From NCBI GenBank assembly GCA_010909165.1, contig MU008158.1:3745331-3809330 (forward strand): a stretch of DNA of 64,000 bases, written 5' to 3'. The stretch is from Anthoceros angustus. Taxonomy: Eukaryota > Plantae > Anthocerotophyta. The translations under genes and the position numbers were made by a program. Under the pieces are notes generated by a model that saw only the letters and a program-made list of their open reading frames with translations, was not told the origin of the DNA and did no database searches. Shown piece by piece: positions 1 through 11,706 of this stretch (its first letter is position 1; every line of letters starts with the position of its first letter).

Positions 1-2760
1 GTACCCGCGCCCGTCCTCTTCTGGAGACAGTTCATTCGGATATATGTGGCCCCATGAGCACCGCATCCTTCGGTGGTCACTCTTACTTCATCACCTTCGT
101 AGATGAGTGGAGCAGATATTGCCACATTTACTTCTTACGACACAAGGACGAAGCCCTCACATGCTTCCAAGAATTCATCCTCACAGCTGAGCGCCAAACA
201 GGATTTCAGGTCACATCCCTGCGAACTGACAACGGGGGTGAGTATACAAGCAATGCCTTTCGGCTTCACAATCCAAGGTATTTCAAGACAATCGCCCACC
301 CTCCCAATCCTTTTTCTGAACGCCTTAATCGTTCCTTGCTGGAAATTTCACGTTCTTTGCTCAAGCTAGCTGGCCTCTCTAAAGGCTATTGGGCAAAAGC
401 TGTCTCTACCTCTAACTACTTGAATAATAGACTCCCCACAAAAGAATTGCCCAACACTACTCCTTTTGAGAGATGGAGCGGGACCAAGCCTAGAGTCTCT
501 CATCTCCGCATTTTCGGGAGTCCAGCCTTTGCCCACATAGCAGATGAAACTCGCAAGAAGTGGGACGACAAAGGACGCAAGCTGCTTTTCATCGGATATT
601 CCGATCAGGTCAAAGCCAATAAACCCTTCGACCCAGCTTCCCAAGAGGTAATTTTTTCTCGTAGCATCCATTTCAATGAAACCCACCTTCTTCACACATA
701 CCTCCACGTCTCTCTCGCAGCTAATCCCCTTCTTGTGCCTAGCATCCAAGGTTATCCATCCCTTGCTGAGTCCCCTCTTGATCTTGAGGGGGCCACAGAT
801 TATGACACTGACAACCAGGTATCAAATTCTCTCCAAGCTCCAGATGCAACTCAGCAATACCTATCACCTATTTCTCAATAGCCAGTGCAGCCCATTCCCC
901 CTCAGGTACTCTACCCAGAACCTCTAGTCTAGATGATGTCTAAGACATCATCCTTCGAAGACAGGATTTGTTTACATCATTCATGAGGTAAACAAATTAG
1001 ACGTAGTTCCAGAGGTACCCGCAGCAATTGAGGCACCCCCTGCACTGAGGCGCTCCACACGTCACCGGCCACCGAGCCATGAGTGGAGACACCCACCTCA
1101 TGTCCCATGAGACTCCTTTGCTTGCCCAACTCCAGCTCCTCTAGAGGTACCTGCCAATATTCAACCTCACACAGATCAGCTTGGGCATGCCCTTCACCAG
1201 GCAGCTGTCCAGTCCGAGTACGACTCACTCATATCCAACAAGACATAGAAGCTGACTGACCTACCCATTGGGAGGAAGCCGATCTCATGCAAGTGGACAT
1301 TTAGAAGGAAATTTAATCCTAATGGAAGTGTGGCACGGTTCAATGCCTGATTAGTTGTTCGGGGCTTCACCCAGGTGCCTGGCTTTGATTATGAGGAAAA
1401 TCGGCTTTTCAGCCCAGTTGTAAAATCAACCGCCATAAGAATTCTATTAGCATTCGCAGCACAGCATCACCTGCAAATACATCAAGTCGACGTTAAGACA
1501 GCATTCCTCTATGGCACTCTTCATGAAGACATATACATGTCACAACCACCAGGATTCGTGAAAGATCCCAGGAAAGTGTACAAGCTCCTCAAGTCCATAT
1601 ACGGTTTGAAGCAATCAGCACAAGTGTGGAATGAAACTGTCGACCTCTATCTGAAGAAGTGTGGTTTTACCCCACTCACCTCAGACACAACCGTGTACAT
1701 TCTCAAGGATAAAACCAGGCTCATCATTGTCACCTTGTATGTCGACGACAACTTCATTTACGGTAATGATCTGTCCTCCATTCAGTATGCAAAGGACCTC
1801 CTTTCCAAAGAGTACGAAGTGGTGGACATGGGACCCCTTTGCTTTGCCCTTGGTGTGTAGTTTGAGCATAACCCTGTAGATCACTCATACTTCATACATC
1901 AAGAGCATTACGTGGATCAACTCTTGGAGAGATTTAACTTGAAGGATGCAAAACCTGTGTCGACTCCCATTGCCATAGGAGAGAAAGTTTCCGCAGAAGA
2001 CTGCCCAACATCACCTGAAGAAATCAAGGAGATGCAACAAGTACCTTACAATGGAGCAGTCAGCAGCCTCTTGTATCTTTCAATAAGGACAAGACCCGAC
2101 ATAGTCCAGGCCGTGAACATCGCCTCTAGATACCTGTCCAATCCTGGACGAGCCCATTGGACCTGCGTGAAGCGAGTGTTCCGTTACTTGAAGGGGACCA
2201 AGTCCTTGGGACTCGCATACAAAGTTGACCCCACAAGCATACTCAAGCTAACATCTTACTCAGACGGAGACTGGGCAGGAGACCCCGATGCAAGGAAGTC
2301 CACAGCAGCATATTGCATGATGATCAACCAGTCATCTCTATTCTGGAGCTGTAAGAAGATGCAAACAATTTGCTTGTCGAGCACGGAAGCGGAGTATGCT
2401 GCCACGTCACTAGCAGCCAAGGAGATATTGTGGATCAGACAATTCCTGCGAGACATTGACGAGGATCAGTTTGAACCAACCAAGCTGCTATGTGATAATC
2501 AATCAGCGATTGCCATGACTCACAACCCAATTCTTCATGGAAGGACGAAGCACGTGGAAAGTCAGCATCATTTCATTCGGCAGGTAGTGGCAAACAAGCA
2601 AGTTCTGCTGCAATATGTGAACACAACGGACAACATCTCCGACCTCCTCACCAAAGGTCTTCCTAACCCTCTGCACGAGAAGCACGTCGCCGTCATCGGA
2701 CTCACAAGTAAGGAGACTCACTTGGGAGGAAGACACCAAGCTTCCCCAACTTCAGCTTGA
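1..2760 (+). pseudogene. copia pol polyprotein (integrase, reverse transcriptase, RNase H) with in-frame stops
   Basis: ORFs 54-881, 1375-1860 and 1912-2760 are collinear pol pieces. Stops fall at conserved codons, e.g. NA*LVVRGFTQ for KARLVARGF (1348-1350) and TAG at 1858-1860. The integrase is garbled near 265-320. Confidence 0.9.
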
Positions 2761-3011
2761 GGGGGAGCCTTCAATCTGCAGCATTGTCACAACTCCAGCA
2801 TCTCTTCTTTAGCTCAGCTCAGACCTGTGCTTGGGTACTTCTACTTGCTAGAGACTTATGATCTTCTCACTCCCAACAATGATCAAGTGATGACTCGCAA
2901 GCCGAAGATGCCACCAGGTAATGGACGACAGACTCACAACCAGCTGTATGCATTGGACGTGGATGCCATTGATTCCAAGTTGAAGGCATGCAGATCCTCA
3001 GCGAGGGGGAG

Positions 3012-3254
3012 TGTTGAGCCAGCATGGCGCCGAACGCTCATGTATCAGCCGTGTGTGGCTAGGGCACGTTTCAACTTAATTAATTTGGGTTCGTACCCGT
3101 GGTAGCCTTTAAGACCAGGCAGAACCGTAAAAGAGCAGTTTAGGCAGTTGTAACGGTACAGACTCATTTGTGTACTTAAGCCCGTTTTATGTACCAGTAA
3201 AGCATTCATTCTTCGTATCGCGTTCCACTTTAGTCCCATTTTCTTACCCAAGCA
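3012..3254 (+). repeat. putative 3' LTR of the copia element (end approximate)
   Basis: Begins TGTTG right after the PPT. A CA-terminated end is guessed at ...CCCAAGCA (3254); an alternative is near 3361. No second copy in the window to confirm. Confidence 0.5.
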
Positions 3255-3454
3255 TCGGGGGATGTGCAACCGCGAGCAGCACAGAACTGTAGAGAGAAGA
3301 GGGAATTTGTTATGGAGCGATGTTGTTGCTAGAGCGGGAAATGCGCCTTGATTGTCTCAACTGGAGACCCTCGGGCATTCTAAGCCCTCGCTAATTGCTG
3401 AGTTGGCTGAGAGCGAAGACTATCTTGTTGCCACCGCTGAGATTGTCCAGACAT

Positions 3455-5640
3455 CTGGGCTATCGACTGGTTCGCAGACATGGGAACCAGAGACCTTCAT
3501 AGCTGCTGCGCTTTCACAAGTGAGTGATGCTGTTGTGGAGAGGCCCCATATATTTGCAGTGGCTACTGTACTGCACCTGAACCCCCACCCAAGTGGTCTC
3601 CAAGCAATTGTCGATTGCCTGCGCCACTTGGAGGTGGCGTGCGTGCAAATGAACCAAGATAAGTTGGTTGCATTGATGTGCCATCCATTCCCCTCGCACC
3701 GACGGTATTTCCCATTCCAACAGTTGCACTACCACTATTACTAGCTATCCCATTCATAGCCCTCACTCCTATAGTACCAGACATGGAGGCATGTTGTCTG
3801 TGCAGCATTTGCGCATGCTGATGTTGCTGTTGTTGGTGATGATCTTGCTGCTGCTGCTGCTGTAAAACCTGGAATTGCTGCTTTTGTGCAGTTTGTCCAA
3901 CTAAGGATCTACTCAACTGCTGTGGATGGTGGGGCTGTCCAGCCGTCTGGGCTGCCAACGGATTTGCAGACATGGGAACTGGAGACCTTCGTAGCTGCTG
4001 CGCTTGCACTAGTGAGTGATGCTTTTGTGGAGAGGTCCCATATACCTGCAGTGGCTGCTGTACTGCAACTGAACCCCCATCCAAGTGGTCTCCAAGCAAT
4101 TGTCGGTTGCCTACGCCACTTGGAGGTGGCATACGTGCAAATGGACCAAGATAAGTTGGCTGCATTGATGTGCCATCCATGCCCCTCACACCGATGATAT
4201 TTCCCGTTCCAACAGTTGCACTATCAGTAATACTAGCCATCCCATTCATAGCCCTCACTCCTATAGCACCAGACATGGAGGCATGTTGTCTGTGCAGCAT
4301 TTGCGCATGCTGATGTTGCTGTTGTTGGTGATGATCTTGCTGCTGCTGCTGCTGTAAAACCTGGAATTGCTGCTTTTGTGCAGTTTGTCCAACTAAGGAT
4401 CTACTCAACTGCTGTGGATGGTGGGGCTGTCCAGCCGTCTGGGCTGCCAACGGATTTGCAGACATGGGAACTGGAGACCTTCGTAGCTGCTGCGCTTGCA
4501 CTAGTGAGTGATGCTTTTGTGGAGAGGTCCCATATACCTGCAGTGGCTGCTGTACTGCAACTGAACCCCCATCCAAGTGGTCTCCAAGCAATTGTCGGTT
4601 GCCTACGCCACTTGGAGGTGGCATACGTGCAAATGGACCAAGATAAGTTGGCTGCATTGATGTGCCATCCATGCCCCTCACACCGATGATATTTCCCGTT
4701 CCAACAGTTGCACTATCAGTAATACTAGCCATCCCATTCATAGCCCTCACTCCTATAGCACCAGACATGGAGGCATGTTGTCTGTGCAGCATTTGCGCAT
4801 GCTGATGTTGCTGTTGTTGGTGATGATCTTGCTGCTGCTGCTGCTGTAAAACCAGGAATTGCTGCTTTTGAGCAGTTTGTCCAACTAAGGATCTACTCAA
4901 CTGCTGTGGATGGTAGGGCTGTCCAGCTGTCTGGGCTGCCAACGGATTTGCAGACATGGGAACTGGAGACCTTTCTAGCTGCTGCGCTTGCACTAGTGAG
5001 TGATGCTGTTGTGGAGAGGTCGCATATACCTGCAGTGGCTGCTGTACTGCAACTGAACCCCCACCCAAGTGATCTCCAAGCAATTGTCGGTTGCCTGCGC
5101 CACTTGGAGGTGGCGTACGTGCAAATGAACCAAGATAAGATGGCTGCATTGATGTGCCATCCATGCCCTTCAGACCGACGATATTTCCCATTCCAGCAGG
5201 TACACTACCACTAATACCAACCATCCCATTCACAATTCGCATTCCTATAGCACCAGAATTGGAGGCATGTTGTCTGTGCAGCATTTGCGCCTGCTGATGT
5301 TGCTGTTGCTGGTGATGATCTTGCTGTTGCGGCTGCTGTAAAAACTGGAATTGCTGCATTTGAGCAGTCTGTCCATCTAAGGAGCTTTTCAGCTGCTGTG
5401 GATGATGGGGCTGTCCATCCATCTGGGCTGCCAACGGGTTTGCAGACCTGGGGACTGGAGACCTTCGTAGCTGCTGCACTTGCACTAGTGAGTGATGCTG
5501 TTGTCGAGAGGTCTCATGTAACTGCAGTGGCTGTTGTATTGCAACTGAACCTAAGTGGTCTGCAAGAAATTGTCGGTCGCCACTGCCACCTGGAGGTGGC
5601 ATGCATGCAAATGCGCCAGGAGAGGATGGCTGCATTGTGC
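3455..5640. repeat. coding tandem repeat, 492-bp unit, about 4.5 copies (central copies near-identical)
   Basis: ACATGGAGGCATGTTGTCTG recurs at 3781, 4273 and 4765, with a variant at 5257, giving a period of 492. Identical ORFs sit at 3886 and 4378. Confidence 0.95.
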
Positions 5641-6598
5641 CACCCTTTCCAACCTGCCCTAGTGTCGGTCTAGGAGAACCAACATGCCACCCAAAACTCC
5701 CCACAGATGTTGCACGATCTGGCCGTTGTGCTGCGACTTCATCCCCACCCAAGTGGTCTCCAAGAAATTGTTGGTCGCCGACGCCACCTGAAGGTGGCAT
5801 GCATGCAAATGAGCCAGGAGAAGATGGCTGCATTGTGCCACCCATTTCAGCCAGCTGTAGTGGCCATCTAGGAGAACCAATTTGCGACAAATAACTCCCC
5901 ATAACTGCTGCATCATCTGGCATTGGACATGCATTAGATGCTGAAGTTTGTGGCGTTGCGTAGATTTCATCCATGACAAGATCGTGTCCATCTTCCATCA
6001 CTTGCATTTCATCCTCGCCCCATTCCTGTCCATCTTTTGCAGTTTGTGGCGTTGCATGTCCATCTTCCATCACCTGCATTCCATCCTCGCCCCATTCATC
6101 TTCACCTTTTGCAGTTTGTGGCGTTCCGTATATTTCATCCTCGACCAGGTCGTGAAAATCTTCTCCACGCAAGTGGTCTCCAAGCAATTGTCGGTTGCCA
6201 ACACCACCTCGAGGTGACATGCACGCACATGAGCACGCACATGAGCCAAGAGATGATGGCTGCATTGTGCCACCCATTCCAACCAGCTCCAGTGTCGATC
6301 TAGGAGAACAAATGTACGACAAATAATAAAACCCCAAAACTGTTTCATCTTGCATCGAACCTACATTAGATGCAGCAGTTTGTGGCATTGAGTCTAACAT
6401 TTCATCCTTCACCAGATCGTATCCATCTTTCGTAACCTGCATTTCATCCTCAACCAGGTTGTGTACATCTTCAATACTCTGGGAACACAAGGCAGCAAGT
6501 AGGCGGGGCAATTCCTGAATCTCATCCTCGCCGGATTCCTCACCACCTCTTGCATCCCGCATCTCATCCTTGACCAATTCGTATCCATCTTTTACAAC
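3563..6598 (-). CDS. large open terminal exon of the PHL-like gene: acidic repeats then Q/H/G/M-rich 164-aa repeats
   Basis: About 1010 codons without a stop. Acceptor TTTGCAG precedes 6598 on the minus strand, so the track's start codon is an artefact. Confidence 0.65.
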   Translation of the reverse strand, partial: VVKDGYELVKDEMRDARGGEESGEDEIQELPRLLAALCSQSIEDVHNLVEDEMQVTKDGYDLVKDEMLDSMPQTAASNVGSMQDETVLGFYYLSYICSPRSTLELVGMGGTMQPSSLGSCACSCACMSPRGGVGNRQLLGDHLRGEDFHDLVEDEIYGTPQTAKGEDEWGEDGMQVMEDGHATPQTAKDGQEWGEDEMQVMEDGHDLVMDEIYATPQTSASNACPMPDDAAVMGSYLSQIGSPRWPLQLAEMGGTMQPSSPGSFACMPPSGGVGDQQFLGDHLGGDEVAAQRPDRATSVGSFGWHVGSPRPTLGQVGKGGTMQPSSPGAFACMPPPGGSGDRQFLADHLGSVAIQQPLQLHETSRQQHHSLVQVQQLRRSPVPRSANPLAAQMDGQPHHPQQLKSSLDGQTAQMQQFQFLQQPQQQDHHQQQQHQQAQMLHRQHASNSGAIGMRIVNGMVGISGSVPAGMGNIVGLKGMDGTSMQPSYLGSFARTPPPSGAGNRQLLGDHLGGGSVAVQQPLQVYATSPQQHHSLVQAQQLERSPVPMSANPLAAQTAGQPYHPQQLSRSLVGQTAQKQQFLVLQQQQQQDHHQQQQHQHAQMLHRQHASMSGAIGVRAMNGMASITDSATVGTGNIIGVRGMDGTSMQPTYLGPFARMPPPSGVGNRQLLGDHLDGGSVAVQQPLQVYGTSPQKHHSLVQAQQLRRSPVPMSANPLAAQTAGQPHHPQQLSRSLVGQTAQKQQFQVLQQQQQQDHHQQQQHQHAQMLHRQHASMSGAIGVRAMNGMASITDSATVGTGNIIGVRGMDGTSMQPTYLGPFARMPPPSGVGNRQLLGDHLDGGSVAVQQPLQVYGTSPQKHHSLVQAQQLRRSPVPMSANPLAAQTAGQPHHPQQLSRSLVGQTAQKQQFQVLQQQQQQDHHQQQQHQHAQMLHRQHASMSGTIGVRAMNGIASNSGSATVGMGNTVGARGMDGTSMQPTYLGSFARTPPPSGAGNRQLLGDHLGGGSGAVQ

Positions 6599-6827
6599 CT
6601 GCAAATAGAAGGTAACAATTATGTAGCGCTATTCAATTATTCCCATGTTAACGTTACACAGAATCACGCAACACTATCCAACAGGTTCTTAGCTTAATCT
6701 ACCTGGTAACTGTAGTGAGTGGCAATCAGATCTGCCTCACGTGGTGAAAATACACCAAGATTTACTTGCTTCTTATACACCTACAAATTATGCAGCACGA
6801 GTTCATATACACAAAAGTCAAACACAT

Positions 6828-7500
6828 GAAGAAGAAGGAGAAGTTTATTTAAGTCCATTAAGGACAGATTTCCATCATGGAACTTGGTACTTAGCAACTT
6901 GTACATGGGTTTTCTTATAATGCACCCCCACCACCAATCTAATGTCAGTATGAGTTCACCAAATGCAACAATCACACCAAATGCAACAATCACAGGTAGA
7001 CAAATGTCCCAATATGAAGACAAAGAAACATAAAAACATTGAATAATCATGCACATACATAAGTAGTCAAATGACTATAGTGGGTGCTAAAGAGAAACCT
7101 GGTCCTCATAAAATTGGATGGACATCTCTACCGCAAGATCTTTGCTTTGTCCACTCATAAGTAACTTTATTTGAGAGTAATGGAAATATGGAGAATGACC
7201 TGTATGAATCACTGCCATGGATGTTAGCCAAATCCAAATCCAAACCAAAAGACCAATATGAACAGTGCAATCATGTCAAAGGCAAAACCAATCGTTGAAG
7301 TTTGAACATTTACATGAAATAGGTTCCATCCGTAGGAACACCATCAAACGGATCTTTCTTGAACTTGCTGAGCCACAAGTTAAACATGTGGTCATTCCCT
7401 GGGATCCAGGTATTTCATGAGGTGCATCCACCAAAGCAAGCATCATTGCATCCCAAGATGGTATAGCATAGTTGGTTGGAAACATCTCCTCCATCTTTTC
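6828..7500 (-). mobile_element. non-LTR retroposon (LINE-like) 3' fragment inside a PHL-like intron
   Basis: Minus strand ends GTCCTTAATGGACTTAAATAAACTTCTCCTTCTTCTTC (AATAAA plus TTC tail), the same terminus as at 9918-9960. Degenerate Cys-containing coding remnants lie upstream. The 5' boundary is approximate. Confidence 0.45.
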
Positions 7501-9917
7501 CTTCTTGATATGTAGATTGTGGCTGGAGGAATCACAATGATTGCATTTGCAAAGTTATTAAAACAAGTTATATAAAAAAATTGAGTTTGACTATTTGCAA
7601 GAATTGTTGACTAACAAACAACTAAAACTGCATCACCATCCAATTAAGATTTTTACATTAGGTATCAAAAATGATTTTCTAGCAACCTGAAACAGGTCAA
7701 ACAAAGTAACAATACACCATTCTATCTCATTTCTACCTTATCTTCAACTTTTGAAGCTTGTTCATTTTGGCTCGCTTGAAGTCAAAATGAACAAGCTTCA
7801 TATAACTTGAAAAACCAACTATAACACTAGATCTAAACAAACAAAACACAAATCAGTAGGTAAGGAAACACACCTTTTAATAGCCGACAGCAAGGCTAGA
7901 ATAGAAACATCACTCCCTGTGCACTGATGCTGCAGGAGAGGGACTTTCGGGATGCTTTGGTCAGCCCGCTGGGGATGCGTCCCTTGATTCGACACCGGGT
8001 GGAACTCATACTCCTCATTCTTCTGTGACTCCTCGGAATTCTTAATTTCGCCTTTTTGGTGAGCCTTTTCCTTCACAGGTTCACGCTTTATCCGTTTTGG
8101 TTCAGACCTTACCCCCGAAGCTTCCCTGTTCGCTCTTTTACCCAGCAGAGATAAACTACGAGCTAGTCCGGGAGTGGGTTCATGGTCGGAATTGCCTGTT
8201 GTCATAGGTATAGAACTGGTGCTCAAACGTGGTGAGCTAGACAGTTGCCTGAGTTGTGTGGGAGGTACTATTGCACCATGCATTCCCTCTGGAACAGGCA
8301 TCTCCGTTTCATGAAAGGTCCTGTGCCCCGAATCTCCAGCTCGATCTTGGTCAGGAGCTAGAACCCATAGAGCAGATTGTGCGAAACCTAGGCCTTCGTT
8401 TTCAGGTCTTCCTTCACATGTGCCCGCAGCAGGTTCAGTGACATCCCATGATCCAGAACACACATTTTCTGAGCTCTGATTCTCCTGCGGAAGAGTAGGA
8501 CTTAACCCTCTGGCTGTCACCATGTCTGAAAGTTTTACAAACCTGGATCCGATATAATCAGCAGACTGCTTGGCAATTTTTCTGGAGGACGCTCGTAGAC
8601 GTCTACTTGTGAGTGCACCAAAATGAGTACTGTACCGCCCAGTTGCTCGGCAGCCAGAGTTGCAGGTTTCCACTGACGTAGTGCCCAGCTACAAGATTTG
8701 TTAGCACGCTCTCCATTAAATGCATCATTTTGCAAGACATCAACCATGAAGACACAAAGATCTCAAACCTTACCAGGAAGATTATGTGAGCCTTTGCTGC
8801 TACAGCAGGAGAAGGATGAAGATAAAGTCAAGGTCGCACTGGCTTCAATATCCTTGATTCCAGTTCCTGCCAAGCGGAGCCGTTTATGAACACGTCCCAC
8901 ACAAGATGAGAAGATCCTGTGGGTAATACATTCTTTGGAATCGATTCCACATTAACAGTAAAAGTAGAAGATGTAGAAGCAACCAAAACATCCGAGGAAG
9001 ACCAATTTCCACCTGCCATTTTTGTAACGTCTTTCACAAGAATCTCCATTCCTGGCCGAAGAACAACCACCTCCAGTGTGGGAACCCATCCTCTTGTCCG
9101 TTGGACCGCGTGCTATCCGAGTGCTCACAATCCCTGTAGTCGAGTATCTGTACCCAAGAACAAACGCACGATCTTTTCTCAAACCCATGACGTCAAAGAA
9201 AGGCTCATCACAACACCACGTAGGGAATTACATATCCAAGCAGAGCCGGGCAACCCGTCAGCACAAAGAAGGAAGCACGATCAGCTTCGCCAAATTCTCG
9301 ACTGAAAGCATAAAATCATCGGGGACAATCACCCCGAGAAAAATCTTCGTTGCAATTCGGTCGTGAGGATACAGACAGTCCATTACCTCATCTCCCAGCG
9401 GAGGAGGCTGCCCCTTCTGATGCGCATCCTTGCAATGAAACACGGAGCTCGGAAGCTGCGGCCTGGACTGCACAGTTCTTGCGAATCAGCAGAGGAGTTA
9501 GAAAAACAAAAATACCGGTGCCTGCGCAGGTCTGTCTCTCTCCCGAACCCGTCTCCGAACAGATCGAGGGAAAGTTAGCCTCCATGGCTACCCCATAGTC
9601 CTGGACGCTCCCAGCTCTCAGACCAGGCTGGGCAGCTTCTACCGAGATGAACAAACTCCACGCGCCAAAAGTCTTTTTCTCCGAAACGAAACAATTCCCC
9701 AAGTCTAAAATCGCGCTTTCACGTGCGCGTTACTTCAGCTCCAGTCCGCAACACTATGCAGCGGATACGCGTCCTTCCGTCCAAAGGCAGTGAGCTGGAA
9801 ACGGAAGGCGGAGAGCCATTTTTGCTCAACCCGAGATGGTCGACCATGAACGAAATTTAAGTTTTTTCTATTTTGGGAGATATTATACTAAAAACTCATG
9901 AAAAAAAATGGGCGTGT

Positions 9918-10310
9918 AGAAGAAGAAGAAGAATTTTATTGAAGTCCATTAAGGACGAATTTTCTTTACAAGATTGAAATATGATAATTATATAGATTAC
10001 GCGAAGTCCCAATTGCCAAGTCAAATCATCTTTTTTGGCTCTTTATGACACGCATCTCCTGGACCCCAATCTCCTGGACCTAGCCTTTTTCGGCGTCATC
10101 ATCTCCTGGACCCGTCTATTTCAGCGTCTCTCCCATCGACTGCTAAACGATGTCCCCTTGGCCCACGGGCTTCCCTTGGAGCACCTCGCGCATTTTTCAT
10201 CTCATGGGCCCCGCCGAAACAAGGCGTATCCCCATCCACTGCTAGACGATGTCTGCTTGGCCTACAGATTCCCTTGGAGCACCTTGCGTAGAACTCCAAG
10301 ATGAAGCAGC
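9918..10310 (-). mobile_element. non-LTR retroposon-like 3' fragment with (TTC)n tail
   Basis: Minus strand ends GTCCTTAATGGACTTCAATAAAATTCTTCTTCTTCTTCT. It contains an internal ~90-bp direct repeat and GGTCCAGGAGAT three times. Confidence 0.45.
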
Positions 10311-11706
10311 CTGGACTTTAAGTAAGTAAGTTACATGGAATATAAATATGGATCAATGCGCTAAACTCAGCGCACTGCTGTTTCTTCGATCATTAGTCGT
10401 GTTAAAGATTAAATTTCCAGATTATTTAAAAAAACATGATCTGGATGATAAAATGACGTATATTCTGTGTATCTTTACGTACCCCGTAAGTATGGTTGGA
10501 AATGAGAAACGAAGTGAGCGGTAGAAACGGTAGCCGGGACATGGGACCACTCCTAGCCATATGGGCAGTAAGTGAGCACGCCGTGCATCTGCATCTTGTT
10601 GAAATAGTGCATGCGAGGGCCCGCCGTCACACTCATAACCGTCGGCTGGGAGCGACGAGGTCGGGGGCTCGGGGAGGTGGGAGGATGTCACACTTCATGA
10701 TCCACCCACCCCTCCGGATCCTCATGTCTCAGCCACTTCAAGCTCCAAGTACCCATGTAGCAAGTGGCAACAAGAACGGCGAGTCCAAGAGACAAGTCAT
10801 TTGAAGTGGCTTCTTGTTATGGGTTACCGACCAGGCATGTGAGGTGTGTGATATGGAATACGGTCGCAGGCTGCAAGATCACCCACAATACGAAGCTCCT
10901 CGAGCCACAGAGTAATTGTAATTGTGGAAGCAGCTCGCTGTGGCTCCACAAGACCGTCTGCTTTTCTGGGAGGCCGGAACAGGCGACCGGGTCGCTCGTG
11001 CCCCCGTTTGCGGCGCCGGGCCCGGCCCGGCCCGCTTCCACTTGGCTCGTCGTGCAGCAGAGGGAAAGACCGCCATCTGCTCCGACCGCCTCGGCGTGCC
11101 ATCACCATCTGCTCTCCCTGGTGGCAGGTGCGCAAGCCCAGCCCGCCTACGGCCCACCCTTGCCGCGAGCGCGTCCTCCAATGCTGCCGCTGCGCTCATC
11201 TCTGCGTACGCCAGCTCAGGATTGCCAAAGCATGGCGACTCTTCTCTCTCTCGGGCCTGCCTTTCTGGCCTGCACTTCCCGATGTAGCTGACTCATAGAC
11301 TTGTCTCTGTGGGAGGAGTAATTCCCGAACACCGTTGCGACCCGCATCCAGATCTTGCGACACTCATCGGCTGGGCATGTGGATCGGGATTGTTTGAGGC
11401 CTTGGGAAAACCGGTTGCATGTTGGAGCCTGCCAGGGGTCTGGATCTGCTTGCCACAGTTCGGACTCGAGAAATGGTGAAGCTGGGGGTTTGAGGACAGC
11501 CACGGGGCTGCAGATCTGCGGGAATGGGTGGGCGTCGGAGGCGCAGTGGAACTGGGGAGAACCGTGCACGTGGTGACCATTTTGGTGCATTGGACCTGGC
11601 TGCCAGCATCCGTTGCTTTCTTCTGTCAGCCAGTACTTTGGAGCGGGTTGCTCGCAGCTCCGATGTCAAGAGCTAGCAGGTTCTTACATCAGGAAGGTGG
11701 GTCGCA

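Larger units (their letters stand above)
1..3254 (+). mobile_element. Ty1/copia LTR retrotransposon, 3' part (integrase-RT-RNase H, PPT, 3' LTR), decayed; 5' part lies outside the window
   Basis: INT-RT-RH domain order: VHSDICGP...FVDEWSR...LRTDNGGEY (integrase); QVDVKTAFLYG, LLKSIYGLKQS, LYVDD (RT); YSDGDWAG, SSTEAEY, CDNQSAI, RTKHV (RNase H). Purine tract GAGGGGGAG at 3003-3011 is followed by TGTTG. The right end of the LTR is uncertain. Confidence 0.93.
3300..9819 (-). pseudogene. PHL: PHYTOCHROME-DEPENDENT LATE-FLOWERING / SPT20-like (SAGA-associated) gene, disrupted, with repeat-expanded Q-rich C-terminus
   Basis: Minus-strand exons give EANF-SLDLFGDGFG, LYPHDRIATKIF, ILDYR, VVLRPGMEILVKDVTKMAGGNWSSSDVL|ELESRILKPVRP*LYLHPSP, SLLGKR and EADLIATHYSYQ|VVKDGYELVKDE. 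These match remembered plant PHL/Spt20 motifs (LHPYDR, VHDYR, MSLENVVKDI..WTYGDLMEVESRILKALQPELCLDP, ADLLA.QF..LM.REGY). Frameshifts near 9570 and 9080; in-frame TGA at 8828-8830; CAG>TAG at 3563-3565. Outer boundaries are approximate. Confidence 0.75.

Noticed and set aside
10400-11700. Many overlapping ORFs in a GC-rich block
   Set aside because: No recognisable protein or exon structure; consistent with GC-rich upstream DNA.
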